In this document: positions 15,424 through 19,061 of the stretch, in pieces
How positions within the stretch are numbered: the first letter of the stretch is position 1
How the letters are laid out: the number at the start of each line of letters is the position of its first letter
From: Thermoproteota archaeon
Lineage (GTDB): Archaea; Korarchaeota; Korarchaeia; Korarchaeales; Korarchaeaceae
Length of the DNA stretch: 19,061 nt
Assembly: GCA_027491415.1 (NCBI GenBank)
Contig: JAOZFH010000041.1
Coordinates: 1-19,061, forward strand
Reading direction: 5' to 3'
Position numbers and translations under genes: made by a program
Notes under the pieces: generated by a model
Databases searched by the model: none
What the model was told of the DNA's origin: nothing
Seen by the model: the letters and a program-made list of their open reading frames with translations, nothing else

Positions 15424-16278
15424 ATGCTCAGGGCCGTCGTTCTGGCGGCGATCGTGGTGGCCGCGGCGTTCCTCATCGCCTACGCTTTCGCGATCAGAGA
15501 GTCCGGAGGCGAGAGGGTGCTCCTCAGGTACCGCAGGGTGGGGGGCATCGCCGGCGTGTCGGAGGAGCTCGTGGTCTACGAGGACGGCAGGGCTGTCATG
15601 GGCGGCGGTGGGCTGTCCGCGGGTGCGAAGCTGCCGGACGGGCTCGTCGCGGCCCTGAAGACCGTCTTCGAAAGGATAGGGGAGACGGGGGTTCAGGGCC
15701 CCCCGCCGACGCCGGGGGCGGCCGACTACTTCACCCACCTGGTTGAGGCCCCCGGTCTGGGCGTGAACGTCAGCTGGGTCGACCTGTGGGCCTCTGGGAA
15801 CGAGGTTCCAGACGAGATAGTTGCGCTCGACGCGCTCCTCAGCTTCGCGCGGGCCTACCTGCTGGGGTGGGAACCTCAGCACGCAGCTAGGCTGGCCGTG
15901 GGCGATCTGACCGTAGAGGTGTGGATCGACAGGCCTTGGATCTCTCCCGGGGACCAGATCACCGTACGGGTCGAGGCCAGGAACTCTGGGCAGGAGGCCC
16001 TCGCCTACGAGAGGCCGACCCCATGCCACCCCGACTTCCGGATAGAGGTCGAAGGAGGCGGAGCCGACGTGAGTTACGTCCAGCCGGCCTACGACCCCAG
16101 GAAACCGTGCATTCAGGTCATCAGTCGGCGAGAGATACCTCCGGGTGGATCCGTCGTCAACTCGGCCGTCGTGACGGTGGGCGAGCCTCCTGGGCGGATA
16201 CTGTGGGTAAGGGTGTCCTTCGCCTACCCGCCGCAGGAGCCGCTGACGGTCCGGCTGCCGCTCGTGGTCACCGGATGA
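15424..16278 (+). CDS. Membrane-anchored two-domain surface protein (emfourin-like N domain, BsuPI/Ig-like C domain)
   Basis: N-terminal hydrophobic anchor; YRRVGGIAG...ADYFTH; then PGDQITVRVEARNSG...C...CIQVISRREIPPGGS. The ORF itself is solid; the domain names are tentative. Confidence 0.6.
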   Translation: MLRAVVLAAIVVAAAFLIAYAFAIRESGGERVLLRYRRVGGIAGVSEELVVYEDGRAVMGGGGLSAGAKLPDGLVAALKTVFERIGETGVQGPPPTPGAADYFTHLVEAPGLGVNVSWVDLWASGNEVPDEIVALDALLSFARAYLLGWEPQHAARLAVGDLTVEVWIDRPWISPGDQITVRVEARNSGQEALAYERPTPCHPDFRIEVEGGGADVSYVQPAYDPRKPCIQVISRREIPPGGSVVNSAVVTVGEPPGRILWVRVSFAYPPQEPLTVRLPLVVTG

Positions 16279-16366
16279 CCGCCCAGGGATATTTTCCAGG
16301 CGTAAAACCTCGCGTAGGGGTTTTTACCATCCTCTGGGCACTTACACGGGCTCCGGTGGGCCGAAC

Positions 16367-16717
16367 ATGCCCAGGAGGCAGGTAGAGAAGCCCTGGGGTA
16401 GGGAGTTCCTGATAGTGGACGAGCCCGAGTATGCCGCCAAGATACTCGAGATGAAGGGCGGCAAGCCCACGAGCCTTCACTTCCACCCCGTGAAGAAGGA
16501 GACCCTCTACGTGGTGTCTGGGCGCCTCAGGGTGGAGACCTCCGATCGCGACTACGAGCTCTCTCCTGGGGATGAGCTCACCATAAAGCCCGGGACGGAG
16601 CACAGGCTCGTGCCGCTAGAGGACACCCAGGTGTTAGAGGTCTCCACTCAGCCGAAGGATGACACCGTGAGGGTCTCTGACCCCTACAGGAGGGTGAGGG
16701 TGGAGAGGGTCACCTGA
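16367..16717 (+). CDS. Cupin domain protein (mannose-6-phosphate isomerase type II C-terminal-like)
   Basis: VEKPWGRE, SLHFHPVKKETLYVVSG, PGDELTIKPGTEHRL, LEVST. Confidence 0.9.
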   Translation: MPRRQVEKPWGREFLIVDEPEYAAKILEMKGGKPTSLHFHPVKKETLYVVSGRLRVETSDRDYELSPGDELTIKPGTEHRLVPLEDTQVLEVSTQPKDDTVRVSDPYRRVRVERVT

Positions 16718-16867
16718 GGCCTCTGTTACCCCATCAACGCTTCTGCGCGCGATTCTGGATGAGCGCAATTTCTGACAAGTCGATTCGTGTCGTCGAGACC
16801 AGCTCAAGCCGCCCCACAAGCTCTCAGCTTTAATATAACGCCAGTTATCATAGCCCGAGGGATTGCG

Positions 16868-17284
16868 TTGAGCGAAGATGGGACACCCGAGAGGTTTGTG
16901 CTGAAGGTCCCGCCCGGAACAGAGGAGGACGTCGCCTCCGGCCGAAGGGACATCTTACTTCTGCCTGTGGAGTCTGACGCGCCTCCCAAGGGCGCGAGAG
17001 TTCTCATTGAATCGGATGGGGGCCCAGTGGCAGAGGGAGAGGTCGCCTGGGTTGAGGTTGTCACGCTGGGTGAGGCCCTGGCCTCCCTGGGAGGGAGGGT
17101 TGTGCTCGACCCCAAGCAGGTCTACGGTGGGGACGATCTCATGGGGAGGAGGTTCGCCGCCGTGGGCCTGAGGCGGGTGGTTCCCCTCCTGGAATCCCGA
17201 GGAGAGGAGGGAGAGGACCTCTCAAACGAATTCCTGGTGGACTTAAGCGCCTGCTCCTCGTGCCCTTTCAGGGGGTCTTGCTGA
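16868..17284 (+). CDS. ASCH/PUA-like domain protein with C-terminal CxxCx5C tail
   Basis: TTTAATATA at about 16829-16837, GAGGG, then TTG at 16868. Pattern V.SGRRD...PKGARVLI...VAEGEV..V...AVGLRRV resembles ASCH/DUF365. Ends CSSCPFRGSC. Confidence 0.55.
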   Translation: MSEDGTPERFVLKVPPGTEEDVASGRRDILLLPVESDAPPKGARVLIESDGGPVAEGEVAWVEVVTLGEALASLGGRVVLDPKQVYGGDDLMGRRFAAVGLRRVVPLLESRGEEGEDLSNEFLVDLSACSSCPFRGSC

Positions 17285-17476
17285 GCCTCGTGTGCTCTCC
17301 ACCTAGCTGAGATATCCTCGCCCATAGAGACGAGTCTTCCGTCAGCCGTTCGGGCACGCTGGGGTTGAGATGGAAGGATGGCTGGGTGGGCCGCAAGGCC
17401 GGAGCCTCTAGCCGGCAGAGATTCAATTGGAACGGTTTTTTAGAGATCGTTACCGGGTGGGTCCGAGGTAAGCTAG

Positions 17477-19061
17477 ATGGAAAGGGTAATCCCGCCGCTG
17501 GAGGACATAACTCCCCAGAGCTTCAAGGAGGCGTTCAAGAGGATCCTGGAGGTCAAGAGGAGGGCTGGCATCACCCCTATACTGGACAACCCGCCGGACC
17601 TCCTCCAGAGGGCCCAGCTGTACGGCACCAGGTTCAGGAACGGGTCGTGGAACTGGGCGTCCAACATCTGGAGCAGGTCCGCGAAGAACACCGTTGTGAT
17701 TGAGAGCGACGACGAGCTCAGGACCGAGCACAAGCTCCTCCTGATGCGGGTGCTAGAGCACATCCTCGCCCAGGGGCCTCTGATCAAGGTGGACGGCTAC
17801 GTGGGCAAGCCCGGGACGAAAGCCCAGATGCACGCCCGGGCCTACGTCGACCCACAGTTCCCCGACCTGGCGTACAGGTGGAAGCAGCTGGTCTTCGACG
17901 CCCCGCCGGACGAGGAGCCCGATGTCGAGATCTTCCACGTCCCCCACTACCTAGGGAACCCCAGCATCCCGGGGACGGACAGGATGCTGATGGTGATGAG
18001 GTTCCCGCACCACAACTTCACGATCATCACGGTCTCCTCGTACCAGGGCGAGCTGAAGAAGGCAGTCCTCACCCACTGGATCTACCACGTCTACAAGAGG
18101 GGAGGGACGGGGGAGCACGCCTCTCTGAGGGAGTTCACTGTCAAGACCGTTGAGGGAGAGTGGAGGCGCATAGTGATGGCCGTCTGGGGCCTCACCGGCA
18201 CCGGCAAGTCCACACACGGGCTCTACGTCTGGACCCCCAACAACGCCGAGATCTACCGGAGGGAGTTCGGCATCAACCCGCTTGACTACGTCAAGGATCA
18301 GGTGATCAAGAACGACGACATAATCGCCATATTCGAAGATACCGTCATCGGGTCGGAGAGGGGTTCCTGGACCAAGACTGAGGACCTCACGCCCGAGCAG
18401 GAGGCCATGTGGCGCGCGGCCACGAGCCCGCACGCCCTCCACGAGAACACCGAGTTCGACGAGAACGGGGATCCCTGCTTTGAGGGAAAGCTCTTCCAAT
18501 ACTTCGGTGCCCCCAACAGGAACTCCAGGTCGGTCCTGAGGCTTGAGGACACGGGCTACTTCGACGGGGATGTCCAGTCGTCGGGACCGCTCAACTTCGC
18601 CATCTTCCTGAGCCCCGGCTACTTCACGGACTGGGCCTGGGTGAAGATAGAGGACCCGGCCCTCGCGGCGAAGGTGCTGGCCGACGGCAGGACCATAGGC
18701 CATCCAGCCCAGGCGAGGGAGGTCGTGGGCAAGATCAGGTACGTGGCAAGGTTCGCCCAGCCCTTCACCATGGGGGTGCCCAACACTGCCCACGTCGTCA
18801 GGTTCTACGAGTTCTTGAAGAGGAGGATCGAAAGGGGCGACCCGATAGAGGTCTACCTGTTCAACAACACCGGCCGGATCATCGCCAAGTATAGGTGGAC
18901 CGAGGTGAAGCTGGGGGACAGGGTGATCGAGGCTCCTGAGCCCATCCTCGTGGAGAAGAACGGGATACCCAAGGCCGTCGGAGGGGAGAGGCCCACAATC
19001 GAGGAGACCGAACTCTTCATTCTGCAGGCCGCCAGGAGGGCGGTGAAATACAGGCCCCACC
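17477..19061 (+). CDS. pckA: Phosphoenolpyruvate carboxykinase (ATP), archaeal type, 3' truncated by window
   Basis: SD GAGGT and ATG at 17477, open to the window end. Motifs YQGELKK, GEHAS, kinase-1a GLTGTGKST, kinase-2 KNDD, ERGSWTKT, HEN, NRNSRS. Absent from the ORF track because no stop falls inside the window. Confidence 0.92.
   Translation, partial: MERVIPPLEDITPQSFKEAFKRILEVKRRAGITPILDNPPDLLQRAQLYGTRFRNGSWNWASNIWSRSAKNTVVIESDDELRTEHKLLLMRVLEHILAQGPLIKVDGYVGKPGTKAQMHARAYVDPQFPDLAYRWKQLVFDAPPDEEPDVEIFHVPHYLGNPSIPGTDRMLMVMRFPHHNFTIITVSSYQGELKKAVLTHWIYHVYKRGGTGEHASLREFTVKTVEGEWRRIVMAVWGLTGTGKSTHGLYVWTPNNAEIYRREFGINPLDYVKDQVIKNDDIIAIFEDTVIGSERGSWTKTEDLTPEQEAMWRAATSPHALHENTEFDENGDPCFEGKLFQYFGAPNRNSRSVLRLEDTGYFDGDVQSSGPLNFAIFLSPGYFTDWAWVKIEDPALAAKVLADGRTIGHPAQAREVVGKIRYVARFAQPFTMGVPNTAHVVRFYEFLKRRIERGDPIEVYLFNNTGRIIAKYRWTEVKLGDRVIEAPEPILVEKNGIPKAVGGERPTIEETELFILQAARRAVKYRPH

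Noticed and set aside
17951-19060. 369-aa minus-strand ORF
   Set aside because: Antisense shadow of pckA, whose + frame carries all the PEPCK motifs.
1-19061. Genome-wide TAG reassignment (pyrrolysine code)
   Set aside because: TAG ends the nuclease (4866), HEPN (6021) and PLC-like (9250) genes at plausible C-termini, and no intact long gene needs TAG readthrough.

Overview
A GC-rich archaeal chromosomal window. AGG/ATA codon use, GGAGGTGA Shine-Dalgarno (SD) motifs, TATA-like boxes about 25 nt before starts and the gene families suggest a thermophilic Thermoproteota/Korarchaeia-type lineage (inference). Left to right it holds: a stop-interrupted membrane-protein 3' end; a KaiC-like ATPase and KaiC-associated HTH protein divergent from a DUF505 gene; an accessory-looking block (coiled-coil PD-(D/E)XK nuclease between hairpin-rich non-coding tracts, a possible PIN remnant, a HEPN-MNT pair, and a Tat-anchored protein coupled to a signal-less Zn-dependent phospholipase C/P1-nuclease-fold protein); DUF998; a PRC-barrel protein; an HNH-like Zn-finger fused to a Bles03/DUF1917 (eIF4E-like) domain; a DUF885 metallopeptidase; an orphan; a frameshifted TlpA-like redoxin/S-layer-like fusion; a surface protein resembling two protease-inhibitor folds; a cupin; an ASCH/PUA-like protein with a Cys tail; and a 3'-truncated ATP-dependent PEP carboxykinase missing from the ORF track. 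The best candidates for undescribed biology are the HNH-Bles03 fusion and the Tat-anchor/Zn-PLC pair. All family calls come from recognising motifs by eye; no database search was run. No CRISPR array, rRNA or intact tRNA was seen.
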